64,000 nucleotides of DNA. Origin: Heteronotia binoei. Taxonomy: Eukaryota. Below are positions 36,362-48,264 of this stretch, piece by piece (the first letter of the stretch is position 1; every line of letters starts with the position of its first letter). The stretch covers positions 38,254,001-38,318,000 of the forward strand of contig NC_083237.1 of the NCBI RefSeq assembly GCF_032191835.1, given 5' to 3'. The notes under the pieces are model-generated. The model did no database searches and was not told the DNA's origin. It saw only the letters and a program-made list of their open reading frames with translations. Position numbers and translations under genes: made by a program.

Positions 36362-37184
36362 TGAAGAAAGGTTAAAACGCTTGGGGCTCTTTAGCTTGGA
36401 GAAACATCGACTGCAAGGTGACATGATAGAGGTTTACAAGATTATGCATGGGATGGAGAAAATAGAGAAAGAAGTACTTTTTCCCCTTTCTCACAATACC
36501 TTAACTCGTGGGCATTCGATGAAATTGCTGAGCAGTCAGGTTAAAACGGATAAAAGGAAGTGTCAGACACTGGACAACTTGGCTATTATGATATAATAGA
36601 TAGCTTAACTAGTATGATAGTATGCTTAAGATGCAATGTATAGACTGACCTAACTGACTCCATTTTAGAACATTTACTATTAGCCCTGAAACAGGGACCT
36701 TGCATACCAAAGTAGAAACAGAGATGTTACTAACCCCTGCTGTGAATTCCTCTCCTTGGTACTAACAAAAGCAACAACCCTTTGAAGATAAAATGCCTGA
36801 AGGAAAGCCAGCAGGGCTTTTCCGTGAGAATGGGAACCGCAGAGAGATAAGGGAAAGCAAGGTGTTACATGTATCACTCTAGTGTGGGAATGTAGATGTG
36901 TTTAGAAAACCTTTGATGTATTTTGATTAAAGCATTCATGCTCCCGCCAAAGAGCATCAGTCCCAATGCTTCATTGTTCAGAACCTTTGGATTATCAAAT
37001 AAAAGCCTTAACATTGTAACCAATGGAAGTCCGCTTGCTTTGAACCTCTTATGTTCTTATGTAAAGGGTGATTAACATGTGGAATTCACTGCCACAGGAG
37101 GTGGTGGTGGCTACAAGCATAGCCAGCTTCAAGAGGGGGTTAGATAAAAATATGGAGCAGAGGTCCATCAGTGGCTATCAGCCA

Positions 37185-37225
<41 letters not shown>

Positions 37226-37310
37226 AATTTTTTGGACACTGTGTGACCCAGAGTGTTGGCCTAGATGGGCCATTGGCCTGATTCAACATGGCTTCTCTTA
37301 TGTTCTTACA
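36362..37310 (+). mobile_element. CR1 LINE 3' portion, interrupted at about 36560-37060
   Basis: LGLFSLEK.RLQGDMIEVYKIMHG; aaagggtgattaacatgtggaattcactgccacagg; ends atggcttctcttatgttctta. Confidence 0.85.
36560..37050 (+). mobile_element. Possible solo LTR inside the CR1
   Basis: Begins tgtcag, has AATAAA near 36999 and is unrelated to CR1; no clean CA end or TSD found. Confidence 0.35.
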
Positions 37311-37394
37311 TATATACACATACATACAAACATATAGATATAAATATGCATACTTATATATAAATGTATATGTATATATATGTGTGTATATGTA

Positions 37395-37600
37395 TGCCAA
37401 GTAATGCCAAGGAATGTTCAGACTATCGCACCATTGCACTCATTTCACATGCCAGCAAGGTCATGTTAAAGATCCTACAAATTAGGTTTCAGCAGTATGT
37501 AGATCGGGAACTACTAGAAGTTCAAGCTGGGTTTCGGAGAGGTAGAGGAAATGAGTGCATTCACTGGATTATGGAGAAAGCACAGGAGTATCAAAAATGT
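37395..37600 (+). mobile_element. RTE-BovB RT fragment
   Basis: NAKECSDYRTIALISHASKVMLKILQ...QAGFRRGRG. Confidence 0.88.
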
Positions 37601-38997
37601 ATATATGTATGTATATAAAATATCAAATAAAACATTAGTTATGAGGGAATGCCAAACATTAGTTATAAGGGAATCCTAAACAAAACAAAAAAGCTGTGGC
37701 CAGGAGCCACTGCCTCCCTCTATGGGAGTACCTTATGAAGGTAGTGGAGTCCCCATCTTGGGAACCAACATGGATGCTGCTTGTCAAAAACAGGCTAAGT
37801 GAAGCCACTTTACGCAAAGGATTAGAGAGAGATGTATGGGCTTTTTCTGATTACAACATAAGGTATTCTCCTGGCTGGCTCCTCTCCCCTTCCCAATGGA
37901 ATGAATAGAACAAAAGGGTTCATAGGTAAAGTATTGCTCACCTCTTAATTCTGGGCTAGTTGCTAATGGCTCATTTTCCTGCCTTCCTGCTACAACTCAG
38001 CATCTTTTGTTTACCTCTATGCTAATGCAAGACATGTTGCACAAAATCCTTTGCCTTCCATCCTGGCTCCTCCTTAGAGTATCAAAGACTAAATTAAATC
38101 AACCATTAAATTCCATCATGGCCCATTCTGGTAAACATTGAGAGTCATCTTCACCTATTTTTTTGGCCTGGGAATCCATTCAGGTACCCAGGAAAGACAC
38201 ATCAGCAACCATTAAGAGCTATCACAGCTCTGGGAAGGTCTCAACCCTCCAAGCCTTATATAAACTAAGTCCAACGCCCACTACCTCATGCATTCTATAC
38301 AGCATCATATACAGTTTGTGACCCCATTACTCTCTGTAATTGGGTCTTTTGGGTGTGTCATGCTGGTCGTGCATCCCCTTCTCTCCATTTTTCCTGCTAT
38401 ATGGATAGCTGAACATTTGGAACAGGTAATAACACCCTCTTCCAACAATCCCTAAAAATCTCTTTTGATCCTCTCTATTTTCCTATGCCTTGACTGTGTG
38501 TATTGTATTGTGCATGTGCTTGTATTTCTTACATATTTTTTTTCTAGTAAACATTTTGAAATATATTTACTCTGGAGTCTTCTTTCTGAAACCAGACTGC
38601 ATTTTTTTAAATTACTGAGATTGAACATAACTCTCTTCCTTTCTTTCCCAGAGGACCTAGATTGTCTCCTTCCAACATGTCTCTTAGCACACTTTTTATG
38701 ATCCAGAATGGCCCATCCTTTGGCTGTTGAACCAGTTATTCATAGCAACTTCCCTTGTGGCAAGAAGAAATTTTGCATCCATCCATATCCACACAAAATT
38801 CATTGAACTGAAATTTGCTTCACTATATAGCCAATGTCACAGGCAGTCATAATTAAATTACAACAGTGGTAATTTGCTTCTTGGCAATTAGTCATCTCCG
38901 CCACAGTACCGAAGTAATGTCTACAGGTTACATTTTTATTTTGTTTCCCCCTATTTCTTTACCACTCACAAATCATGTGCAACTATTAGTTAGCCTA

Positions 38998-39930
38998 CTA
39001 AATGCATCTTCTACATTTTAAGAATTCTGAACTGAAATTTGAGCAGCAAGAAGAATAACTAATCCTTCTAGGAGACCAAATTTTTCTTTTGAGTTTTCTA
39101 ATAGCATTTTTCATTTCTGCATTTCTCAAAGTATAAATAATTGGGTTCATCACTGGTGTGATGAGAGAATACATTACTGCAACAAACTTCTCACCCGGAA
39201 ATACTTTGAAAAGCTGATTATAAGTGAACATTGAAGGTCCAAAATATATGCTTATTACTATTATCTGAGCAGCACAAGTAGAAAGGGCTTTGTGCCTTCC
39301 TTCCAGCATGTGTGTTTTAATCTTGATCACAAGGAGCACAAAAAGTATCTCAGTCATGTATGTGTCAGTACAAGACAGCTTGACAATCTGGGATATATCA
39401 CAGAAGAAATGATCCAGTATGTTGGGTCCACAGAAGTGCAGCTGAAGTATTAATGCTACCTGTACAATGGAGTGGGCAAAACCACCCAGCCAAGCACCTG
39501 TCACCAAACCCACACAAACTCCTTGATGCATAATAAGCAAATATTGCAGTGGTTTGTAGATTGCTATGTATCTTTCAACAGCCATTACTACTAGGAAAAA
39601 AGTCAAAGCTCCCCCAATAAAATGGAAGAAGAAAACTTGGGCAATACACCAGTTATAAGAGATGGTATTCGTATGGGTGATGAGATCCCACAGCATTTTG
39701 ATAGAAGTCACTGTGGAGTCACTGATGTCCATGACAGCCAAGTTGGCCAAAAAGAAATACATGGGTGTGTGGAGCTGAGGCTTGAAAATTACAATAGTAA
39801 TGATTGTCAGATTTCCCAGCCAGGATGTAATGTAAATGGCAAGAAAAATGAGGAAAAGGATGCTCTGCACCCTTGGATTCTGAGACAAGCCCAAGAGAAT
39901 AAATTCTGTTACTGTCGTATTATTTGCCAT
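38998..39930 (-). CDS. Olfactory receptor, OR4D-like; ORF open (310 aa) but lacks 19 aa of TM5, probably non-functional
   Basis: Close paralog of 26222-27214; reads TEILFVLLVIKIKTH where the paralog has TEILMVTNSGLLLVVIFFALLVSYTVILIKIKTH. Confidence 0.9.
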   Translation of the reverse strand: MANNTTVTEFILLGLSQNPRVQSILFLIFLAIYITSWLGNLTIITIVIFKPQLHTPMYFFLANLAVMDISDSTVTSIKMLWDLITHTNTISYNWCIAQVFFFHFIGGALTFFLVVMAVERYIAIYKPLQYLLIMHQGVCVGLVTGAWLGGFAHSIVQVALILQLHFCGPNILDHFFCDISQIVKLSCTDTYMTEILFVLLVIKIKTHMLEGRHKALSTCAAQIIVISIYFGPSMFTYNQLFKVFPGEKFVAVMYSLITPVMNPIIYTLRNAEMKNAIRKLKRKIWSPRRISYSSCCSNFSSEFLKCRRCI

Positions 39931-42900
39931 TTCCCCCCTCGAAAAAGAATATATTTTAAAAAGAGGATTTGACTTCTGTGTATTACATATCTAGATTTTA
40001 CCCAATTCATTAGTTTAGGTTGTACATAATTTCTACATTCTGTTATGTGCACAGATGAACTTCTATTCATTGGGTCAGCTGAGCATTTTCTTAATTAATC
40101 TCACTTATAGTTGATCAATAAGTAGAGACAGCAGGAAGTTTCAGTGTGTCTGGAGCCAGAAGTTCAATGCTGAAACAAATTTAATCATAAAGCAAAATTA
40201 GGAGATTCAAAAGCATGTCATACTGCCATCTAGTATATAGATAGGCTGCTGGCCACACTAAGTTGAATGGGATCCAAAGCGACATATGCTGCCATCATAA
40301 GAACACTACTTTCCTGGAAATAAGCCCCATTATATAAAATAAAACTTACTTTTGACTAGACCAGTTTAGGATTGCTCTCCAAATTGCATAACATAGAACC
40401 GCCATCTCTAGTATGAAGGAAACAAAACCTAACTATTGTGGCATATTCTTTATTGGGAAAACCACTAATCAACAGATTACCCAGAGTTTCTCTTGTTTTG
40501 TGTGAACATAATTTATACTCCACATAATTAATAACACTTTCCCAAGTTTGTAAACTGTTCTAAGATGAATGGCTGCAGTGGGACTAAAGAATCTCATCAC
40601 CCCTCCCCTTTTTGTGAACAAAATTGCATCCTGTGATTAGAAAAGGATCCAAGCCATAGTAGAATAATCTATAATTTATATTCCACATTTCTGTAGCATT
40701 TGATTTCCTACCCAACTAAAAGACTTCACAGTTTCCTATATTTGCTACCTTAGGTGTATACAAAAAAGTGATTGAATACTTTGTATTATCTTACTGCTCT
40801 TAAGTGGATGGTCCAGGCTAACCTGATCTTGTCAGATCTGAAGCTAAGAAGTGTTGGCCCTGGATAGTATATGGATGACGTTTAATCAAGGAATACTGGG
40901 GCTGCTACGCAGAGGATAGCATGGACAATCCACCTCTGAATGTCTGTTGCCTTGAAAACCCAACAGAGTAGACATAAGTTGGCCATGACTTGATGGTAAA
41001 AAAAACAAAAAAACAAAACCCAATAACAACACTTACTTGTTGAGTTCTGCAATGCTGTGCTAATAAGGCATGTGATTGTATCCCTTTCATTACTTCTATT
41101 TGTTTTCATTTGTTGGAGATGTGAGCTTTTTTGTCCTTCCTGTTTGCATTGATCCTCTTCCCAGTGCATTGTTTCTTGTATTCCCTATGTACTGTTTTTG
41201 TGTCTTTCACCATTTATATGCTAAAAATAGAATTGGCAAGCATGTGCATTTAATATGAAAAAAATCAGGACAAAAATATAAACTGGTGCAGATATGAATG
41301 TTTGATTAGCACTAGAGTGAATCAGAATTAACTAGAAAGCTTTTGAGTTGAAGAATCAAGGATGAGAAATTCAAAATCATACTTAATGCACATTTAACTC
41401 TTACTGAAATTCAGGTGGGTAGTCATGTTGGTCTTAAGCAGCAGAACAAAGTTTGCATCTAGTGGCACCTTTAAGACCAACAAAACTTTACTCACGGAAA
41501 TAAGCTCTCAAGAGTGCATACTGTTCTTCAGATACATTAAAACAGAAATCACCAACCATTGCATATAGATAGTGGATAAGGAAGATGTTGCCAGGTCTAG
41601 AAGCAATTTTACTGTGATTTTCCAAGGTGTGGAGGGGAAAAAAAATATTGTCCCAAATGCAAGATATACAACCATGCATGGGTTAGGACAATTGCCTAAG
41701 ACTATGTTACAATTTAAGGCTGTATTTTCATCAATTTAGAACGTTCAAAAGACCAAAAGTCATAGCAAGTTCTTTTTTTTTAATACAGAGTGGAAAGAGA
41801 GTGGTATCAAATATTAACTGCTTTTCTTTCAAAGATGCATTTAAGGCTCCTCAAATGAATATTTGAATATCAATTTGGTAAACAATGGGAAAATGTATAC
41901 TAACCTGGACATTTGTTTATGACAGAGTTTTCCAATCATTGCCTGGCTTTAGGTATTCCTCTACACGTCCTGTCACTACAATAATCAGTTTCTGTAGAGG
42001 AATTGATCTGGCTTCAGCTTTCCACAAGGCTTCCTCATATCGGAGCTGGATTTGCCATGTCCATATATTGAGAGAGATTTCCCCACCTCAGGGAAATCCA
42101 GTGACATGTTGTGAAGGCAGTATGCCACGATTTGAATGCTTACTACATGTTCCTATTGATCACACAAGAATACTGACTCATTCTAGCACAGTAGAAAAAT
42201 CATCAAGGGATTTCAACAATCTGGGGATTAGCCCTCAAGACATATCATTTAAAATCATATGCATAACTGAAGTTCTTTTTTTCAAAAAAATGAATAAACT
42301 GCTTTTATTTCTAGTTGTTCAGACATGAAAATATATTACAGATATTACTAGTGACACATGGAAATGTTGGGCCCCTGGATTTGAGTGCTTGCTAACAGAA
42401 AAGACATAGAGCAATGCCTTACTTTAAATGGATGCATATTACCACTGGCAAAAGAAAGACAAAGGGGTCTTTTTATCAATGAAAAGGCTATGCTATGGAT
42501 TGTGTATATGAATAAAGCTTGCTGGCATTACATATTTCCCAGGGTCATCATTGGCAGGTTCTTGCATTATTTAAAATGCTGTACATTAGAGTAAATGTGC
42601 TGCTATTGAGCCTGAACAACTGCAAGCATTCTTTAGTCTCGGAAGGTGAATGCTTTCTTGTTCTTCCAAAAAACAGAAGGGCTACAATCTGTTGTGGCAT
42701 ATCAGCCCAACAAATTTAGAATTGTTTGGGGGGAGATTTCAGATCTTCATTGAATTCATACTTCTAACATCTCAACGCCTATGATCATAATCTCTGGTTA
42801 ACTGCCTTGTTGTTATAACAGAGGAATGGAACATCCCTCCATCCTGGTCTGCCAGGTGTATGGCTAGGCATTCTCCCAAATCCAGAAAAGGAAGGACTGT

Positions 42901-44088
42901 ATTCTGCCTTGAACAGCAACATCAGACTTGCACTAGGAGAAGGCTGAAGATTTCCAGTATCCCAACCGTCTAACATTCCCAGTCCAGAACAACATTTAAT
43001 ATAAATTATATACATGTCTTTACTCCAAACCAGTAGAACAGTCCTTCCAAATAAGATCTTTATCCTATGGTGAATAAATTTCTTTTACACACAGCTCCTC
43101 TGCAGTATAACATGACATAAAGCAAAGACAGACAGGAAGGAAGGAGAAGATGAGTGTGCAGAAAGCAAAGGAAAATCTCTCAGTTTGAGAAAGCTTAAGG
43201 AAGTATCAGCTGATAAACTCTGGTAATCGGCTCTCAGATCTACATCCTACTGCCAAATAATTACCATTGTACAATGAGGCTCCCTTAGCTTGCCTGATTT
43301 GAAAGATCAATGGCCCAATGGCAGATTGTTGGGTATTTAGCAGGGTAAATAATAGAATAATGCAGCACAGACACATGTATAACTTCTAAAAAAAGGTTTA
43401 CTTCAAAATTAGGAAAACGATTACATGGAAACAAAAGAACAACAATCTATTTCATTTTTTCTAGTTCTGATCTCCTCCATCTTGTTTCTTTGTTCACTCT
43501 AACCCTAAGAAGGAAGGAATGAAAGTTTCTCCCTCTCCACGAAAGCTCCACCCTTCATGTGTTTGCAGAATAGTATGAACTATTACCTATATATAGATTA
43601 GCCAACAGCCAATTTTAATCATTAAGAATAAAACCTCCCCCATTTTAGTGAGAAGAATCTATTCTACACCTAATTGTTTATATCTTAAACTTGCTATTTT
43701 TAGCTTACCAAAAATTGTTTATATCTTAAACTTGCTATTTTTAGCTTACCAAAACTTCAGCTTAATCCTTTTATGATTGAACAGATGAGTGGATTTTGCC
43801 CATTATTTCACATGGAAAGATTTCCACCTCTTCAGTATAAACAGATGAAGACAAAAGAAAAAGAAACCTAACTGTACAGCATGCAATCTTTTATTAGTGG
43901 AAAAGAGCAAGAGTCCAGCAGCACCTAACAAAATTAGTGGCAGGAAATGAGCTTTCATCACTGCTCACTTCCTCAGATACAGTAAATCCATTTGCCCTTA
44001 TATCTTGGAGAGTGGAGTGATTTCAGATTAGATAATAGGCATTGGTAATGAGACAGGAAACCTAGGTCTCAGTTCAGTCCTGGAGAAT

Positions 44089-44510
44089 TGTAAGGAAGAG
44101 ATCAGCTTACAAACAAAACTGATAAACCAAAGAAGACAACTGACTTAAAAGTACTTGCAGGAATGGTCCGGCTTTCATCTTGCCAGAGCTGTTGAGTCAT
44201 CTTAATTAACGGGTGGACTGAATGATATAAAAGGGCCCAATGAGTTAAGGATCTTTTCCCCTCTCAAGATAAAGCCAAGTAGGAGGAAAAGAGGGTTTAT
44301 TATTGTGCATGTCTTGTGGGGCCGGAAACTCTCCTGCCCTTAAAGTTTGGATTTATTTGATTCTAATTGATTTGTTATGGTTTGTTGATCTCCAAAAGTG
44401 ATCTAATTTTCTTTGCCTAGATAATTATGAGCATTAGAGGCCTTTTTGCCTTCTCTGTATCAATAAAGAACTTTTTGCCTGATCTGTGGGAGTGTAGCGA
44501 GTGATTTACA
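44089..44510 (+). mobile_element. Possible solo LTR
   Basis: tgtaagg...gatttaca ends, TATAAAA near 44226, AATAAA at 44462, absent from unit 1; no matching TSD found. Confidence 0.35.
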
Positions 44511-46313
44511 ACCTGGAATCATACAACAATGCATTGAGATTCATTATCAGTTGTAATTCAGCAGCCTGTTTTACTAATTTCCCTCTGATATTCTTTTGTA
44601 AGGGAACTGCTACTCTTAGGTCAGCAACTGAATGCCCTGGCAGGTTAAATATTCCCCTACTAGTCGTTGAATGTTGTGATTTTTAATTCCAGACACGTCC
44701 ATTTATTCTTTGTATCCTCCAGGACTGAATTGTCCTGAACCAAATTGAGACCTTTGTTTCCTGTTTCATTACCAATGCTGGTATCTCCATGCCTACTATC
44801 CTTCTGATTATCACACCTAATCCAACCAAGCCAACTATTGTCATTCACCTGCTATTGCCATTTGGCATCCGACATCACATTTACAAAGTTTATATCTCTG
44901 GTATGTCATGTTACATTTTATGACATGTGTGACCCAGCCTAACAAAGTGACATTTATGTCAGATCCAGCCCTCATAAGAAATGAGTTTGACACCTCTGGT
45001 CTACACAGAGTGGCAGCAGTTCTCCAGGGTCTCAGGCATTGATTTAACTGGAGATGCCAGGGATTGAACCTGAGACCTTCTGCGTGCAAAGCAAATGCTC
45101 TACCACTGAGCCATAGCCCTGTGAAATAATTGTAATTATTTATGTATTTATTTGCAAAAAGTGGTATCCTGCCTTTTTCCTCTTAAAAGGGCCACCAACA
45201 TGGCTAGCAATTTAAAACATACATGATAAAATCGCATGTATAAAACCCCAACACACATCATGAAAACATTATAAAAACATTGAAAATATATACAAACATT
45301 AAAACATCATTTAAAAATATTTTAAAAATATAATCACATGTGGCCCATTTTTTCTTAGGGTGTTGCTTGTGTGTGGAGGGCTTATCTCCCAGAATTCATT
45401 TCCAGTTACTAGCAGAATGATACAAATTTACTGTTTATTTATTTGTCTCCTGGGATGGTCATCAAGTTCTCATTTATCTTTCCATTTCATCTCTCTTGTG
45501 TATGACTGCTATTGATGCTGTTTTGACTGCTTGATGACTTTCTGTGCTGGCTATCCCTGTAGCACCTTTGCATAGAATTGATTATACTCTGAGGGAAAGA
45601 GAAATTCATGCTCACCCAATTCCACAATACTACATCCTCAGTCCCATACATTTGTTGTTCCTGCCAGTCCATTGAACCCTAGTAGAAACATTGGGGTGGT
45701 CCAAGGAGACCACTCATAACTTATTAACCTGCATGATTTTCTTCTATTATTTAGATTGACCATAACTCTCTTCCTTTATTTCCTGGAGAACCTTAATTGA
45801 TGCCTTCCAACATGTCTCTTAGTGCTCTTTTTATGATCCAGAATGGTCCATCCTTTGCCCATTGAACCAACTATTAATAGCAACTTCCCTTGTGGCAAGA
45901 ATAAATTTGGTACCCATCCATTTCTACATAAAGTTCATTGAACTGGAATTTGCCTCAATATATAGCCAATATTACAGGCAGCCATAATGAAATTACAGCA
46001 GTAGTAATTTGTTTCTTGGCAACTATTAATCCCTGCCATCATGCCAAAGTAATTTCTACAGGTTACATTTTTATTTTGTTTCCCTCTATTTCTTTACCAC
46101 TCACAAATCATGTGCAACTATTAGCTAGCCTACTAAATGCATGTTCTACATTTTAAGAATTCTGAACTGAAATCTGAGCAGCAAGGATTCATTTTCAATT
46201 CAATGAGTCATCTTCCTTCCAGCAACAGATTTTCTTTACATCAAAGGATACTCTGTTTTTGACTCTTTTATAGTCCCACAGATCTGAAGCTAATGGACTT
46301 AATTTTGCAGTCA

Positions 46314-46882
46314 TACCAAACCTTTACTGGCATAACAGTTACAAATAAAAACACGCAGAATATAAAAATTTAAACATTGGAGATAAAATCAAAATGAAAC
46401 CGAGTTTACAGATGCATTAATACATGGTCAGATATAAATTTAAGGATGTCAGCCAAAAATTTTGCCACAGCCTCGCTAACCTCCCCCTCAGTATCATTCA
46501 ATAAATAATAACAGGGTGGCAGAATAGACAAATCTGGGGAGAAAGAAAGCTTACAAAATAAATCTTTACGGAGATTATGATAAAAGGAACAATCAAGCAA
46601 TATATGCTGAATTGAGTTGGGAATATTCGCTCCACAGAAACAGAGTCTGTCGCCTAAAGGGACTTGATGATATCTCCCTTGTAAAACTTTGGAGGGCAAT
46701 ACATTTAGTCTAGCCAACATAAATGCTCTGCGATGACTTGGAATGGTTAAGTTTGATAGATAATGGGGCATTTTGCCGCAGAAAGCATAAAGACCTAAGG
46801 AAGCTGGGGAGCAAATATGAGGGTCTGTTGGCCGTAGTTTCGTTTCCTCCAACTCCCACAGTCTCAATTTAATACATCTGAA
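46314..46882 (-). mobile_element. 5'-truncated LINE (RTE-X-like C-terminal domain), same family as 6858-7509, inserted in the OR coding tail
   Basis: RRAFMLARLNVLPS...RLCFCGANIPNSIQHILLDC; 3' end ccagtaaaggtttggta; 14-bp TSD taattttgcagtca at 46300-46313 and 46883-46896. Confidence 0.88.
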
Positions 46883-47846
46883 TAATTTTGCAGTCAAACT
46901 GGAAAGGAAGTCTCCTTCTTGAAGACTGAATTTTTCTTCTGAGTTTTCTAATAGCATTTTTCATTTCTGCATTTCTCAGAGTGTAAATCATTGGGTTCAG
47001 CATTGGTGTGATGAGAGTATACATTACTGCAACAAACTTCTCACCTGGAAATACTTTGAAAAGCTGATTATAAGTGAACATTGAGGGTCCAAAATGTATG
47101 CTTATGACCATGATCTGAGCAGCACAAGTAGAAAGGGCTTTGTGCCTTCCTTCCATCATGTGTGTTTTAATCTTGATCAAGATCACAGTGTATGACACAA
47201 GGAGGGCAAAAAAGATGACCACAAGGAGTAGCCCACTGTTAGTAACCATCAGTATTTCAGTCATGTATGTGTCAGTACAAGACAGTTTAACAAACTGGGA
47301 GATATCACAGAAGAAATGATCCAGCATGTTGGGTCCACAGAAGGGCAGCTGAACAAGAATCCCAATCTGCACGATGGAGTGAACAAAGCCACTCATCCAT
47401 GCAGCTGATACAAATCCTATACAAACTTCTTGTTTCATGATAAGGTAGTACTGCAGGGGCTTATAGATTGCTATGTAGCAATCAACAGCCAGCAATACTA
47501 AGAAAATATCTACAACACCGCTAATGCAGCGGAAAAAGAAAATCTGAGTAATGCACCAGTTAAAGGAGATGGTATTGGGGTAGGAAAGGAGACCTCCAAG
47601 CATTTTGAGAGCAGTCACAGTAGAATTACCAATATCGGTGCCAGCAAGGTTGGCCAGTAGAAAGTACATAGGTGTATGAAGCTGGTGCATGAAGATCACT
47701 GTGAGGATAATGGTGAGGTTCCCAATCCATGTTGTTATATAGATAATTAGAAAAAGTAGAAAAAGGAATAAATTCACTTTAGAATTCTGACTGAGTCCCA
47801 ACAGAACAAATTCTGTCACCCTGGAGGTCTGGTTGTCCTGAGCCAT
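46869..47846 (-). CDS. Olfactory receptor, OR4D-like, mosaic (325 aa), DRY changed to DCY
   Basis: Full 7TM motif set; N-terminal half resembles 8840-9817 and TM5-TM6 are nearly identical to 26222-27214. Confidence 0.93.
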   Translation of the reverse strand: MAQDNQTSRVTEFVLLGLSQNSKVNLFLFLLFLIIYITTWIGNLTIILTVIFMHQLHTPMYFLLANLAGTDIGNSTVTALKMLGGLLSYPNTISFNWCITQIFFFRCISGVVDIFLVLLAVDCYIAIYKPLQYYLIMKQEVCIGFVSAAWMSGFVHSIVQIGILVQLPFCGPNMLDHFFCDISQFVKLSCTDTYMTEILMVTNSGLLLVVIFFALLVSYTVILIKIKTHMMEGRHKALSTCAAQIMVISIHFGPSMFTYNQLFKVFPGEKFVAVMYTLITPMLNPMIYTLRNAEMKNAIRKLRRKIQSSRRRLPFQFDCKIIQMY

Positions 47847-48264
47847 TTAAAACCTTCACAATCTTATACCTGCAAGAGTCACAATAAAATATCAATAAAT
47901 ACACAGGATATTTAATGCATTATATATATTCATATATCAGTAGGAACACAGTTCTGAGTTCTAGTTTTATTGGTCAGGAGTAATATGCACCACAATTCTT
48001 GGTATCATCAAAAATTACTGATGAGTTTTGTGTCACCTACTACCTTATATGTTAAGGCTAATAATGATGCTATCCTTTACTATAATACAAAATCTGGTAC
48101 AATTAATGCTGACCAGATTCCCATAAGTAGGAAGAAAACTAACAAGTGAGAATCTGAAAACTACAGCTGTTGCACAGGGCCATATGAGATGATACTTTAG
48201 GTATGTGGGTTTTAGGCCAACCATTTTTTTTATGATAGACATCCAATTTATGAATGTTCTTTAT

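Larger units (their letters stand above)
36060..45000. repeat. Tandem segmental duplication unit 2 (contains the OR at 38998)
   Basis: Collinear with unit 1. A third partial copy starts at about 45000 and runs to about 46186. Confidence 0.85.

Noticed and set aside
37185-37400. (TG)n microsatellite and TA-rich low-complexity DNA producing short ORFs
   Set aside because: Simple repeats within a CR1 3' end; the ORFs are compositional artefacts.
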